Source of the DNA: Felis catus
Taxonomy: Eukaryota
NCBI RefSeq assembly: GCF_018350175.1
Contig: NC_058369.1
Span: forward strand, 26,352,001-26,416,000
Direction of reading: 5' to 3'
Length of the DNA: 64,000 nucleotides
Numbering within the stretch: the stretch's first letter is position 1; the number at the start of each line of letters is the position of its first letter. The position numbers and the translations under genes were made by a program. Positions 39,977-53,454 of this stretch are shown here, piece by piece. Below the pieces are notes generated by a model. That model did no database searches. It was not told where the DNA came from and saw only the letters and a list, made by a program, of their open reading frames with translations.

Positions 39977-41333
39977 ATACATTTTTATCTTCCTCACACA
40001 TTACAAAAAGTGGGAAGCCCTATATCAAAATATAATATACAAATGAATAGTGGATAAAGAAAGTTTAAAAAAAACTAGAAGTAGTGAAAAACTGGAAGCA
40101 TTCATATATCCATCAGTTGGGAACTGGTTTAACAAAGCATATTACACCTCCATGGAATGTCATTCTTCTGTTAAAAGAATAAAAATATGAGAGTGAGGCA
40201 GATCTACATTTACAGATCCACGCACATATACAATATGTACTTATTGGAAACAATCTCCAAGCAAGGGGAGATATGAACTAAAAAATGGAATCCCATTTGT
40301 GTAAATAAAATGCAGAAATAAATATATATACTCATAAAGAAGTGTTTTGAAAGAATTCATAAGAAACTGTGAACAAAGACTAAATAGTGTAGGGGTAAGA
40401 TTTGACTAATAGAGGTCAAGAAACATTTTACTTTTCTTTTTATACCTTTTATGTAGTATGATTTTTTTATAATTAGCATATATTTCTTTAATTGATTGTT
40501 AATTAACATACACAATTTATAAAATTACAAGCCAAATAATATACTGGGAAATCTTCACCACAAATATGGCAATATATTTATATAAATATTTAATACATTA
40601 AGAATTTCTAAAGAGTAATGAGAAAATTCTAAAATCCCAATGGAAAATGGACAAAGAGTGTGAATACACACTTCACAAAATAGTAGAAATGACTAGCAAA
40701 CATGTACTATGTCTGACTTCAGTCATATCCAATGGAATAGAAATCAAAGCATCAATGTGACCTGTTTCTTGGCCCTTCAATTACTAACAGTTTAACAAAG
40801 TTCATTCAGTACTGGTAAAGGTGTATGGAAATGGGCACTCATACATGGTATTAATTGTTCCACTGTTTCTGGAAAGCAGTTTGTTGGTAGATCTCAAGAA
40901 CCTTTAAAAATAGGTTTATACATATAAATAAATGTGTTTGCACATTATATACATATTTCTTTGGTCAAGTTATCTACTTGTAGGGATTTATCCTCTTAAA
41001 TCTTGGTTGTTACTGATTAACTTATGTGAAATATAATATATAATATATATAATATATAATATTATATATATTCCTACTATAATATATAGTAGGAAAAATT
41101 GTCAACTATTTAGATAAATTAGGATATGTCCAGATGTTGAAATATTACATAACAAATTATTTTTTAAAGAATATCAAATAATATGCAAAAATGTTTATAA
41201 AATAATAGTAAGTGAAAAAGCAGATAAAAATAGTTTGAAATATAATCCTAATTTTATTTAAAACTATATATGCACAGAAAAACACTTAGAAAGGACAATG
41301 TAGTAGCTTAACATGAGGTTTAAAAATAAAAGA

Positions 41334-41575
41334 GGGACGCCTGGGTGGCTCAGTCAGTTGAGAGTCTGACTTCGGCTCAGGTCATGATCTCACTGTTCTT
41401 GGGTTCGAGCCCTGCATCGGGCTCTGTGCTGACAGCTCAGAGCCTGGAGCCTGTTTCAGATTCTGTGTCTCCCTCTCTCTCTCTGCCCCTCCCTCCCTCC
41501 TTCCTTCCCTTCCTCGTTCGACTCTCTTTCTGTTTCAAAAATAAATAAACATTAAAAAAATTTAAAAATAAAAGA
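41334..41575 (+). mobile_element. CanSINE
   Basis: CanSINE head, CT tract and AATAAA tail. Confidence 0.88.
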
Positions 41576-41899
41576 AAGACATAATAAATCTCAATTGTGA
41601 TTGAAATATTGCTTATGATTTCTACATGTTCCTTCCCCATGTATCCATATGCACTTATGTTTTATGTTTTATTTTGAATTTTAAAAATACTTTTGAGTAG
41701 GACATTTATTTCATAGTAGTAAAAATAATTCAAGTACTAAAAGGTATAAAGTAATTGCCCTTCCCTCATCCCACCTCACCCCACTTTGCCTCCTTTCCCT
41801 GCCTCAGGAGCCACTATGACTCATTTCTTCTCTGTATTTACAGAGAAGGACTGTTTGTGTATAAGCATGTATGTCTGTATCTGCCTTTCTTTACACAAA

Positions 41900-41945
41900 A
41901 GTTAGCTTTTTAAAAAAATATATTTTTAAGTGAGTATACAGTAAA

Positions 41946-41986
<41 letters not shown>

Positions 41987-43670
41987 TATGTGTGTGTCTG
42001 TCCAGCTCTGTGAGTTTTGAAGCTGACAACCACTATCAGGATACAGAACAATTCTATGACCCCAAAAACTGCTTCCTACTGTCTTTATGAAGCCTACTCC
42101 CTCCTTCCATCCCTGATAACCACTAATCATTGTTTCTATTGCCATACTATTGTCTTTTCCAGAATGTTATATAAATGAAATCATACAGTATATAACTTTT
42201 TGAGACTGCTTCTTTCACTCAACATAATATCTTTTAATTTTTTTTTTAAATTAATGTTTATTTGTGAGAGAGAGGGAGGGTGAGGCAGAGAAAGAGGGAG
42301 ACACAGAATCTGAAGCAGGCTCCAGCTCCAAAATGTCAACACAGAGCCCCATGTGGGGCTCAAACTCATGAATCATGAGATCATGACCTGAGCCAAAGTC
42401 AGATGCTTAACTGACTGAGCCACCCAGGCACCCCTCAACATAATACCTTTGAGATTCATTCAAGTTGTCATGTGTATCAATAGTTCATTCTTTGTTCTTG
42501 CTGAATAGCACTCTATTGTATGCATGTACTACAGTTGGTTTCTCCATTCACTTGTTGAAGGACATTTGAAGTGTTCTCAGTTTTTGGCAATGATGAATAG
42601 AGATAATACAAAAAAAAATTTTACAGAGTTTTGTGTAAGCATGTTTTTATTTGTCTCTGGTGTGGGATAGAGATTGCTGGGTCATATGGTGTGTATATTT
42701 AACTGTTTTCTGGAGTGGCTATACCATTTTGTATTCTCACCAACAGTGTTTCAGCTGCTCCATATCCTCACCAATGCTTGGTATCATCATTTGTTTGTTC
42801 TGTTTGCTTTTTTTTCCTTTCTGTTAGGTGTGTAGTGATATCATCATGGTTTTAATTTTCATTTCCCTAATGGCTAATGATATTGAACATCTCTTCAAGT
42901 ACTCATTGGCCATTCGTATATCATCTTTGGTGAAATGTCTGTTTAAATCTTTTGCCCATTTTTTATTAGGTCATTTGAAATTTTCATACAGTTGAGTTAT
43001 CTATGTATTCTGGATACAAGTTCTATGTTGGATATTTAATTTTCAAATATTTTCTCACAGTCTGTGGCATAACTCTTCATTTTCTTAACAGTGTCTTTTG
43101 TAGAGAAAAAGGTTTAAATTTTGGTGAAATTCAGTTTACCACATTTTTCTTTTATGGATTATGTTTTGGTATCATATCTAAGAACTCTTTGTCTCACACC
43201 AGGTTGCAAAGGTCTTCCTTGATGTTTTCTTCTAAAGTTTTGTAGTTTTACATTTAGATCTATGGTCCACTTTGAGTTAATTTTTGTATAAGGTGTGAGG
43301 TTTAGGTCCCGAGTTTTCTTTTTTTGCATATGGTGTCCATTAGTTTCAACATCATGTGATAAAAAGACCATCTTTTCTCCATTGAATTGCCTTTGCACCT
43401 TTGCACAGAAATCAATTGGCTGTTTTGAGTGGGTCTATAGTTGGACTCTCTATTCTGTTCCATTGATCTCTGTGTTTATCCCTTCAATATTATTCTGTTA
43501 TAATTACTGTAGCTGTGTAATAGTTTTTAAAATCAGATAATGTAAGGGTGCCTGGGTGGCTCAGTCAGTTAAGCATCCGATTGTTGATTTCATCTCAGGT
43601 CACAATCTCAAGGTTCTTGAGCTGGAGCCCCACTTTGGGCTCTGTGCTGACAGAATGGAGCCTGCTTGGG

Positions 43671-43710
<40 letters not shown>

Positions 43711-44540
43711 CCTCCCTGCTTGTACTCTCTCTCTCAAAATAAATAAATAAACATTAAAAAATAAAATAGTGTAAGTTTTCCAGCATTACTCTTCTTCTTC
43801 TTTTTTTAATGTTTATTTATTCCTGAGAGAGAGGGTGACAGAGCATGAGCAGGGGAGGGGCAGAGAGGGAGGGAGACACAGAATCCAAAGCAGGCTCCAG
43901 GCTCCGAGCTGCCAGCACAGAGCCTGAAGTGGGGCCCAAACCCATGAACCGCGAGATCGTGACCTGAGCCAAAGTAGAACACTTAACAGACTGAGCCACC
44001 CAGGCACCCCTTCTTTTTCTTTTTAAAGATTTTATTTTTAAGTAGTCTCTACACAACCAGTGCAGGCTGGAACTCATAACCCGAGATCAAGAGTTGTATG
44101 CTCCACTGACAAATGAGCCAGCCCTGCCTCTAGTCTTCTTTTTCAAAATTGTTTTACAATCAGCTTATCTGCATCTCCAAAAAAAATTCTTGACAGAATT
44201 TCTATTGGAATAGTGTTGAATCTATAGAACATTTTGGGAAGAACTGGTATCCTGACTATACTGAGTCTCCCAACCACATTCACAGGATGTCTCTCTGTTT
44301 ACGTCCATCTTCTTTTCTTCATTGGCCTTTTGTATGTTTTGGCATTCACATCTTGCACATCTTTTATTAGAGTTATGTCTTAGTGTTTCTGTCCTTTTTA
44401 AGCTACTAAATGCTATTTTAATAATTTTCAGTTTCCAATCATTTACTGCTAGTATATTGAAATACAATGGATTTTCAGGTGTTGACATTGTGTCTGCAAC
44501 CTTGATAAACTCATTTTTTATTTGTAGAAGTTTTTTTTTG
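41900..44540 (-). mobile_element. Old L1 (reverse) with SINEs at 42238-42434(-), 43546-43766(+), 43801-44010(-) and a (TG)n repeat at ~41948-41984
   Basis: L1 motifs (ttttgagttaatttttgtataaggtgtgagg, gatattgaacatctcttc) interrupted by CanSINE bodies. Confidence 0.82.
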
Positions 44541-45029
44541 TAGGTTCCGTGGGATTGTCCACATAGACAATTTTTTATGTGGGTCTCCAATTATATAATC
44601 CAGGCAAAATAATATATAGATAAAGCAAATATGGCAAATGACAACAGCTGTGGAATCTTGAGTGTGGTGAGTATGTGGAAATTCATTGCGGTATTTCAAC
44701 TTCTCTGTATGTTTGAAAGTTTTTCAGAAGTTTGTGGGGAGGGAAAGTGAGTGTCCCACATACCTGTCTGCCTTGTTGCGTTCCCCTTCTGGAAGGTGTG
44801 CACTGTTATTAATGCCCCGCTTCTCTTTTATGGGTTTTAAAGGGGATTTTATGGGTGTGTACGCATGCACGCACGCACAGGCACACACATCGGTCCATCG
44901 GGTTATTTCCGGTACCGCATTTATAGAATTTAGTTTCTGGAAGCTTTACAAGGGTAGCTGTTGTGGAAAAGCCATCCAGGTGAATTTGCCCAGTCCCTTT
45001 CCCAGGTGTTGGTAGCTATTTTATTCCCG

Positions 45030-45160
45030 CGGTTCAGCCCTAGAGGGCGCCCGCTTCACTTGACTGGCGGCAGCAAGCGGCAGAAGGCGCGGAAGCCACA
45101 GTGTCAGGGCGGCCACGTGACTCATGAAAAGTGGGGCCTCCAGAAGTATAAATACGTCTG
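45030..45160. promoter_or_regulatory. Orphan intergenic regulatory module (CTCF-like, ETS, GC box, E-box/AP-1, TATA)
   Basis: GCCCTAGAGGGCGC 45037-45050; GCGGAAG 45089-45095; GGGCGG 45107-45112; CACGTG 45114-45119 overlapping TGACTCA 45118-45124; TATAAATA 45147-45154; local CpG enrichment. Confidence 0.55.
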
Positions 45161-46139
45161 TTCTCTGGCCTTAGCCACATTTTCTGTGGGTTGCAAAACT
45201 TAGACTAAGAGCCCACATTTTGGCTTCGCAGCAGGAAAGACTGAAAGAGTGAAAGGTTGCCCAGAAACCTTCACCCACACGCTGTACCGTGAACTTTTGA
45301 AGGATGGATACAACACCCCATTTCCAGGCACTGCATAGCATCCCAAACGTTTTGCTACTGATTATGGGACTACATTAAAAAATGGTTTTTGGCTAAAGGA
45401 AAGCCATTTTATTTAATACGTTAGAACCTGTTTATAACGCTGGGGTTGGAAGATGTCTCTGAATTAATAACACCAGTCTTATTCTATGTGTAGTTGTTAT
45501 ATTTAGGTAGACAAGATTTCACATTTTCTCTGGATCTGTGTAAGAACGAGCTGTATTGTAATAGTGGGTGTATAGCTTTAAAAACGTATTTAAGTCGACA
45601 CCAATGGATAAATGACTAGCTTAAGTTAGTCAGATAGAAATGTTTTATTATTAATGTTGAATATGTACAGCAACTTGCAGTAGACTAAAAATTTTTGCCA
45701 TTAAGAATGTGTACATAAATATCTGTTTTCAGAAATGAGTCTCTTTGGAAAATTTATATTTTTCTTAAAATACAGACTAAATATAGCAATACAGCATAGT
45801 TGTTAGGAAAACCAGCTTTGCTACTTCAAAGAATTTGAGCTGCAAACATAGTCATAAAAGAAATGGGTGAAATGATTTATGTATAAGATGATTTGTGGTA
45901 ACTATTTATAATAATATTTATAATGACTATTGACAATAGCAAAAAAATGGAAATAAATATTCAGGTTTTAGATGAAAAAATATGTGGCACAGACATGAAA
46001 TGGAATATTATGAAGATACAAAGGGGGTAAAGAGGACTTTTGTATATGAGAGGCATATCCATCTTTCCACTTGACTAAAATTTCTTCAGAGTGGTGTTAA
46101 AGGGAAATTTGAGAAATCAGGTGATGTTTCAACCACAAT

Positions 46140-46860
46140 TTTCTTTTCTTTTTTTGAACTTTCTATTTTGAAATAATTATATATCCCCAGAAAGTTGCAA
46201 AGATAGCACAGAGAGGTCCTTGTACCCTTCATCTAGTTTCCCCCAATGGTTATGGCTCAGGGAACATAATACAATATCAAAACCAGGAAATTAATATCAC
46301 TACAATGTGCATGTCTGCTATTTTATCACCTAGGTAGTATTGACTAACCACCAGAACTGTTCTGTCACTGCAGAGATCTCCCTGGTGCTACCTTGTTAGT
46401 ACCTACCCTTCCCTACCCCTGGTAACTACTAGTTAGGTTTCCATTTCTAAAATGTTGTCATTTTGAGAACTTTGTATAAATAGAATCACATAGCAGGAGA
46501 TTGTGGGTTTTTTTTCCACTTAGCACAATGCCCTTGAGATCCATCCAAGTTGCTTCCTCTATCAGTGGTTTGTTCTTTTTATAGTTTAATATTATTCCAT
46601 GTAGTATGAGTGTACCACGGTTTTGTTTAATCATTCACCTGTTGTAGGACATTTTGACTGTTTCCAGTTGGGGGTTATTGCAAATAAAGCTACTGTGAAC
46701 AATCATGTACAGGTTTTTGTGTGAACATAAGTTTTCACTCCTCTGGGATAAATGCCCAGGACTGCAACTGCTGGGTTGTAGGATAAGTGTATGCTTAGTT
46801 TTCTAGAAACTGCCAAATTATTTTCCAGAGTGCTGTACCATTTTACATTCCCAAACACAG
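46140..46860 (-). mobile_element. L1MC/L1MB-like 3' end fragment
   Basis: ttttgaaataattatatatcccc...aaagttgcaaagatagcacagagagg...aaataaagctactgtgaacaatcatgtacagg. Confidence 0.75.
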
Positions 46861-47648
46861 TTTTCTTTTTATACAAAATGTTATTGACTACTGTTAGCAC
46901 ATGGCACTAGGCCAAAGGCACATGAGAATCGAAGATACTTTTAGTTTCTAGAAAAAATAAATTTTATATATATTAAGTGAAGAGAAAAATACAGGTCAAA
47001 AGTAATCTCTGCTGGGCCATAGTCCTATGTTTATTGTGTCAGGTTTTCAAAATGAGTCTTCCCTTACCATCAGCTAAGCTTTTGTTGGAAAGCTACAACA
47101 CTTTGCACAGGCCACCTGGGTTTTCCCCGGATCTCTGACCCTTGCTTATATTCTGCCCCAAGGCTCCCCATGAAGCTTAGGCTTATTCTGGAACGTTCTA
47201 CCCCCAATAATAGTCATGTAGAGACCTTAGAGAGTCATTCCGGAACCATACCCTCCCAGAGACCTCTGTATCTATACAACCTATCCCCGGTTCCCCAGCA
47301 CTAAACATCATTAAAACTCTATTGAATAGTCTGTCTACCCTCACCCCACCCTTTAAGCTTTAGTTGTTAGAATACACAGGTGAGGTCACATTCCTCTGTG
47401 TTAGAAGCGCAGGCTCCAGGGTCATTCTGCCCTTCCTGGTGTCCTTGGACAAGTAACAACTCCTGAGCCTGAATTTCCTCACCTTTACATTTGAAGGGAT
47501 AAAAACAGCACCAGCTAACAGGGCCATTGTGTTATCTGCAGATAGTCACAGAGTGTCTGCTATGGGCTGGCTGAGGATACAGTTAACAAAGGGAAGCCCT
47601 GACCTCAAGGATCATAACTAAAAGAGCAAATACAAGTACAGTGTTCAG

Positions 47649-48090
<442 letters not shown>

Positions 48091-48451
48091 AAGTACAGTG
48101 TTCAGCCTGGCTTTTGGCCTGTTTTTGGCCTCTGAGAAATGTTGTTTTATTATCATAGCCAAACTTAACCCTTATTTATGTATTAAATAAGTATTTAATG
48201 GACTTGAATGGAATATGAACCCAGTATTACACATTTGCTCTAGTATATTTGTATTCATTGTAGTCAGACATTAATCACCTTTAATTGTAGGAGCTGTGCT
48301 TGTCTCATGCCCTTGCTAACGTCAAATCAATTGCTGATCAAGGGACTCCATTTTGTGCTTAAAACTTAGGATTATTCTGAATTTAATACCTGGAATATCA
48401 GATTCAATAAGGGTCTCTTGCTGAGCACACAACTTTGAAGGAAGAGTCTTT

Positions 48452-48483
48452 TTTTTTTTTTTTTAAATTCAAGTTAGTTAACA
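48452..48483 (-). mobile_element. Ultra-short 5'-truncated L1 insertion (~19 nt of L1_Carn-like 3' end + poly(A))
   Basis: rc TGTTAACTAACTTGAATTT-An between perfect 16-bp TSDs TGAAGGAAGAGTCTTT (48436-48451 / 48484-48499). Confidence 0.8.
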
Positions 48484-48643
48484 TGAAGGAAGAGTCTTTA
48501 TACAAACTTGTAAAAAAGTCCCTTACAGTGTGTTTGGAAGGTTCATACACTATTAAAAGACTCCAACAACAATAAAGAACACTCTTATTGTTTATAAAAG
48601 GTGGCCCATTTCATAAATACTTAATCAGAAATACAAACTTTAT

Positions 48644-48752
48644 GGAGTGCCTGGCTGGCTCAGCTGGTAGAGCGTGTGACTAAATCTTGGGGTCGTGAGT
48701 TCAAGCCCCACATTGGGTGTAGAGCTCACACACACACACACACACACACACA
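48644..48752 (+). mobile_element. Short tRNA-Lys-derived CanSINE with (CA)n tail
   Basis: gcctggctggctcagctggtagagcgtgtgact...gagttcaagccccac followed by CA repeat. Confidence 0.75.
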
Positions 48753-49184
48753 ATTTAGCAGAGGAAAAAGAAACTCTTAGAGGAAAGTTTCATTTTTAAA
48801 TCTGTAAAAATGCCAAATAATGTGGCCAAAAAAACCTCCAAAAACATGGCAGCCAATTGAATGCAAAAATAGTCCAAAGAGCCTTGAATTTTAGGTAAAC
48901 TGTGCATAATGCAAATTGGTAAATGAGTGAACTGGTCACCAGGTAAGCTTATCAATAAAACACATGGCTCTGCTCAGTCTGTTCCTAGGGCAGAACCAAC
49001 ATGGTGGCCACAGGCAGGTTGAACATTATGATAGTGCTGGATGAGAGTGTCCTGTTGGCTGAGCTTAGGTTATATCCCTGCTTCCAGGAAGTGGAAAGAG
49101 GGATTTGGGGCCTCTCTGACTTATAGGGAAAGTTGAGACCCTGTTCCCCACTGTGACCCACACAACCACAGCGGTCTCCAAATA

Positions 49185-49535
49185 CAGTTGACCCTTGAAC
49201 AACATGAGTATGAACTACATGCACAGGTTCCGTGTTGCTTATGCACGGATTTTTTTTATAAATGTGGTACAATGCTGTAAATGTAATTTCTTTTATAATT
49301 TTCTTAACATTTTCTTTTCTGTAGCTTACTTTAAGAATACAGTTATATATATAAATATATTATAAAATATGTATCATATATTTATATATTTATAATGTGT
49401 TGATTTACTTTATGTTACCAGTAATGCTTCTGTCAACAGTAGGCTATTGTAGTTAAATTTAGGGAGAGACAAAAGTTATACTCAACTGTGTGGGAGTCAG
49501 CACCCCCAACCACTGCATTGTTCAAGGGTCAAATA
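49185..49535. mobile_element. Tigger2-type (TcMar-Tigger) non-autonomous DNA transposon
   Basis: TIRs CAGTTGACCCTTGAACAA ... TTGTTCAAGGGTCAAATA flanked by TA dinucleotides. Confidence 0.85.
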
Positions 49536-51431
49536 TAGTAACCAATAGATGTTCATTATAGTGAATGAATAGTCAGGTAACATGAATTCCAGCCGCAGTT
49601 CAATGACCATCCAGTAATGTGACTTTGCAAAAGTTCTGTAACCTCTCCTCAGCTTGAGTTTACTCATGCATAAAGTGCCAGAGTGAACTTAAGATGGTCA
49701 CTACCGTCCTGTAAGCGCTAAGATTTCCTGAGATTTCCTGCTGTTAGAGCTCCCCTCATGTTGTGACCTTTCCAGTAGACTCGAGGCTAGGATGGAGATA
49801 AGGAGTACCATTTTTTGTTAGAGGCTTAAGACAGCCAAGACTTCCTATAGCAAAGGTTAATGTTCTGTCTCAAAGATCCATTTCCCCAGGCTCTCTGAAT
49901 GTAAATGTCAAGGCAATGAAAACAGTGAAATCTAGGCTCTGGTTCCTGTAGAGTCAGAGGCACTCACCTCACACGGTGCAGCCCTAGAGCGAAGGGCTGC
50001 CTCTGTGGCCTAAAGCTTCGTAAACTCAGGTTTAGGCTGTCAGCCCTGATTTAAAGAGATTTGGTGGTTCAATTTGCTTCTGGGAGAGAACTGACATTCA
50101 CAGCAGGGCTTGGGGGGTGGGCTAATAGTGAAACCTGAGCTGGCTTCTTCCCTCTCTGGAGGGGCAGGCAGAGTGAGTCACCTGTTTGCACAGAAGGCTG
50201 TGGTAATCAAATCCACAAATTCACAGGCCTTATGCCTTCACCACTTTAAACCATAAAGGTGTCGCAACATAACAGTTTTAATTGCTAAACCGTAGCTGCA
50301 AACCCAAATTTCTGGATTTAATCAGAGCTGGGTGTGAAAGGCTGTGTGAATGGTGCCGTTTTTCTGCCAGGTGCATTTATTTGTTCCTCCTCTCCTTTGC
50401 TTCCTTGTTTGTCCTCAAGCTCAGACCAAAGGCCTCTGGACATTTGCCATCAGCCTGCTTTCCAACAGATGACGGGCCTATAGTGGCCATGACAGGTTTG
50501 CCTTCTTTTCTATTCCTTGCTGGAATCTGTGGACCTTGTATCCACCCCAACCTCCTGGGAACAAGCAACTCTGAATTCTTCTTGCCTTAGTGGGTATGAA
50601 TCTCAGTCTACAACTTGGGTGGAAAAGAAATAAGGCTTTCTTTCCTAGAACTCCATTCAATGCATGCCTTCCCCCTCCTTAGCTGGTATAAAACCTCTAT
50701 CTGCAGTCTTTTCTAGGCGTATATTCCCCACTTCTCAGCAATACAACCATACTGAGCATCACACTGCGCTGAGGGTTTAAGGAAGGCCAAGATAAGGGAG
50801 AGGGATGACTCTGGCTCTGAGTCATCAGTCACATGGTTGATGGAGGGATCTGTTGGCCCTGCCCACGTGGTCCCTTTGGCAGGGTCCTCTGCTCCTTTGT
50901 TGACATTATCAGTCCCTGGGAATCGTTCTGAGGTTGTCCCAGTGGCTGGCTGTACCACCTTCCACAGGCTTTCAGTTTCAGTCAGTATTCCTAGAATCCG
51001 TTCCTTTCTTGAATAGGAGGAAGGGAGAAAGGAAAATATAGGAAGAACCAACAGTGTGGTTTAACACCCTCCTGCATAATCCAGGCTGGCAGCCAGCTCT
51101 CCCTTTGTTCCAGCTCTGTGTTTGTACATGGGGTTATACAAAATATAGATAGTTTTTCAAAAGGCATAGTAAAATAATAAAAACTTAATATTCTGTAACC
51201 TCAACTGAGTAAGTTCTGAACCCAGCACCATCTGATTTAATCAGCACACTTGCCTTTTGAATGAAGTACTATTATTATTTCCATTTGACAGATCAGAAAA
51301 CTGAGGCTCAATGAGATAGGAAACTTGTTCAAGGTCACACAGCAAGTTGTAGGAGAGCTGGGATTTGAACTTCAGTCTTTTGACACTAGAATCCAAATCC
51401 TTATTTATAAGCAGTGCATATTAGATGGGGT

Positions 51432-51895
51432 TATTTTTAATGTCTATTTTTGAGAGAGAGGGAGAGAGAGAGAGCAAACGGGAGGGGCAGAGAGAGAGGG
51501 AGACAGAGGATCCATAGCCGGCTTCATGCTGACAGCAGACAGCAGACAGCAGACAGCAGACAACCCTATGTGGGGCTCAAACTCACTAACCATGCGATTA
51601 TGCCCTGAGCAGAAGTCAGATGCATAACCAACTGAGCCAGCCAGGTGCCCCATCTTAGATGCTTTATTTATTTTTTTTTTAATTTTTTTTTTCAACGTTT
51701 ATTTATTTTTGGGACAGAGAGAGACAGAGCATGAACGGGGGAGGGGCAGAGAGAGAGGGAGACACAGAATCAGAACCAGGCTCCAGGCTCTGAGCCATCC
51801 GCCCAGAGCCCGACGCGGGGCTCGAACTCACAGACCGCGAGATCCTGACCTGGCTGAAGTCGGACGCTTAACCGACTGCGCCACCCAGGCGCCCC
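51432..51895 (-). mobile_element. Two tandem CanSINEs (older ~51432-51650; young SINEC_Fc-type 51667-51895)
   Basis: Young copy has TSD CATCT(T/C)AGATGCTTTA 51651-51666 / 51896-51911. Confidence 0.9.
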
Positions 51896-52662
51896 CATCT
51901 CAGATGCTTTAAAAGAAAATGTCAGACCTGTGACCCTAGTGTGGCATTAGAAAATTCTGTTTTCATGCAGTTTGTACCATAGTCCAGCCCTTCTCTCAGT
52001 GGGACTATAAAACAGCACCCAGCAGTTATTGTAGCTCAATAAATACTTGCTTGAATCGTATATCTCATAAGCATTTGCATTTTCAAATACTTTTGTGTTT
52101 GGTTCAGATGTGGCAAAAAAAATTGAGAGGTCACTGGCAGCATTGTCGTATCTAAAAAAATAAGAAAAACCCTTCTGGGACTTCTGGCTGGCTTGGTTGG
52201 TATAGAGCATGTGACTCTTGATCTTGGGGTGGTGAGTTCAAGCCCCATGTTAGGGGTAGAGTTTACTAATAAAAAAACAGAAAAGAAAAGAGAAAAAAAC
52301 CCTTCTAGTTCTGCTTAAATTTTTGTTTGCCTACTGAGACTTCTTCAACTCTTCCTTTGACTTCCCAGCTCCCATCCAAACTCACTGAGGATAGGATGCC
52401 CTGTAGGCTTTTGGCATGTCTGACCTGGCTTTTAAATCCTGGCTCAGACACTTGCCGTTTGTGTGACCTGACCTGGTTTTCATGCCTCTCTGAGTCTCCA
52501 CAAAATGTCCATAAAATGAGAGCAATAATACAAGTCTATGAAAAGTAGGCATTCAATGTCTACTTCCTATCTCTGTTAATTATATCAACCACATCAGAGT
52601 ATTCTATCAATTTAAACTTATACTTAAGGTCCTTCTGAAAACTCTTAAAGGGTGTCATTCCT

Positions 52663-52675
52663 TTATTTATTATTT

Positions 52676-52707
<32 letters not shown>

Positions 52708-53103
52708 TTTGTTTATTTATTTTAGAGAGTGTGAGCAGGGGAGAGGGACAGAGGCAGAGAGAGAGAGAATCCTAAGTGAGCTCTATGCTTAGTGTAGAGC
52801 CCAACATGGGGCTTGATCCTATGATCCTGGGATCATGACCTGAGCCAAAACTAAGAGTGGGATGCCCCATCAGACGCCCCTATCATTATTATTTTTTTTT
52901 AATGTTTGTTTTTGAGAGAGAGAGAAAGAGACACAGAGCACGAGTCGGGGAGGGGCAGAGAGAAAGGGAGACAGAATCCAAAGAAGGCTTCAGGCTCTGA
53001 GCTGACAGCACAGAGCCCCATGCAGGGCTCAAACCCACCAACTGTGAGATCATGACCTGAGCCGAAGTCAGATGCTTAACTGACTGAGCCACCCAGGAGC
53101 CCA
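52663..53103 (-). mobile_element. Two tandem CanSINEs with (TTTA)n tail
   Basis: Two reverse CanSINE bodies ~52663-52880 and ~52890-53103. Confidence 0.85.
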
Positions 53104-53454
53104 CAATTTGTCTTAGTCTAGGTCACAATTTTACTGGCTTTAATCATTTGCATATACCTTTACAATTTTTGTGTTTTCTATTTAATATCTGTGTTCTTAG
53201 TAGTATGGTTCCTTAAATTGATTAGTTTTTAACTCTGTTCTAGACCTAAGGAATAGTGTCTGTGACATCAGTGGCTTGATGGGTTAGGTTTTTCATATAT
53301 CTTAGAAAAAATACATAATTAAGATATCAAATAGTTGTCTATGTGCCACCTAAAGTTATTTCATGGGGCACACTTAAGAAACACTAATTTTGTCATATGT
53401 ATATCTATATTTTAGGATGAAAAACCAGTAATAACACACAAAAAAACTGTGATG

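Noticed and set aside
35654..46900. ORFs resembling the L1 ORF2 C-terminus (e.g. LLGIYPKELK, LTPYTKINSKW)
   Set aside because: Short fragments of decayed L1 with no intact element or full ORF.
48644..48725. tRNA-Lys-like sequence (similar at ~52177-52265)
   Set aside because: It is the head of a tRNA-derived CanSINE with a degenerate anticodon arm and SINE-type tail, not a tRNA gene.
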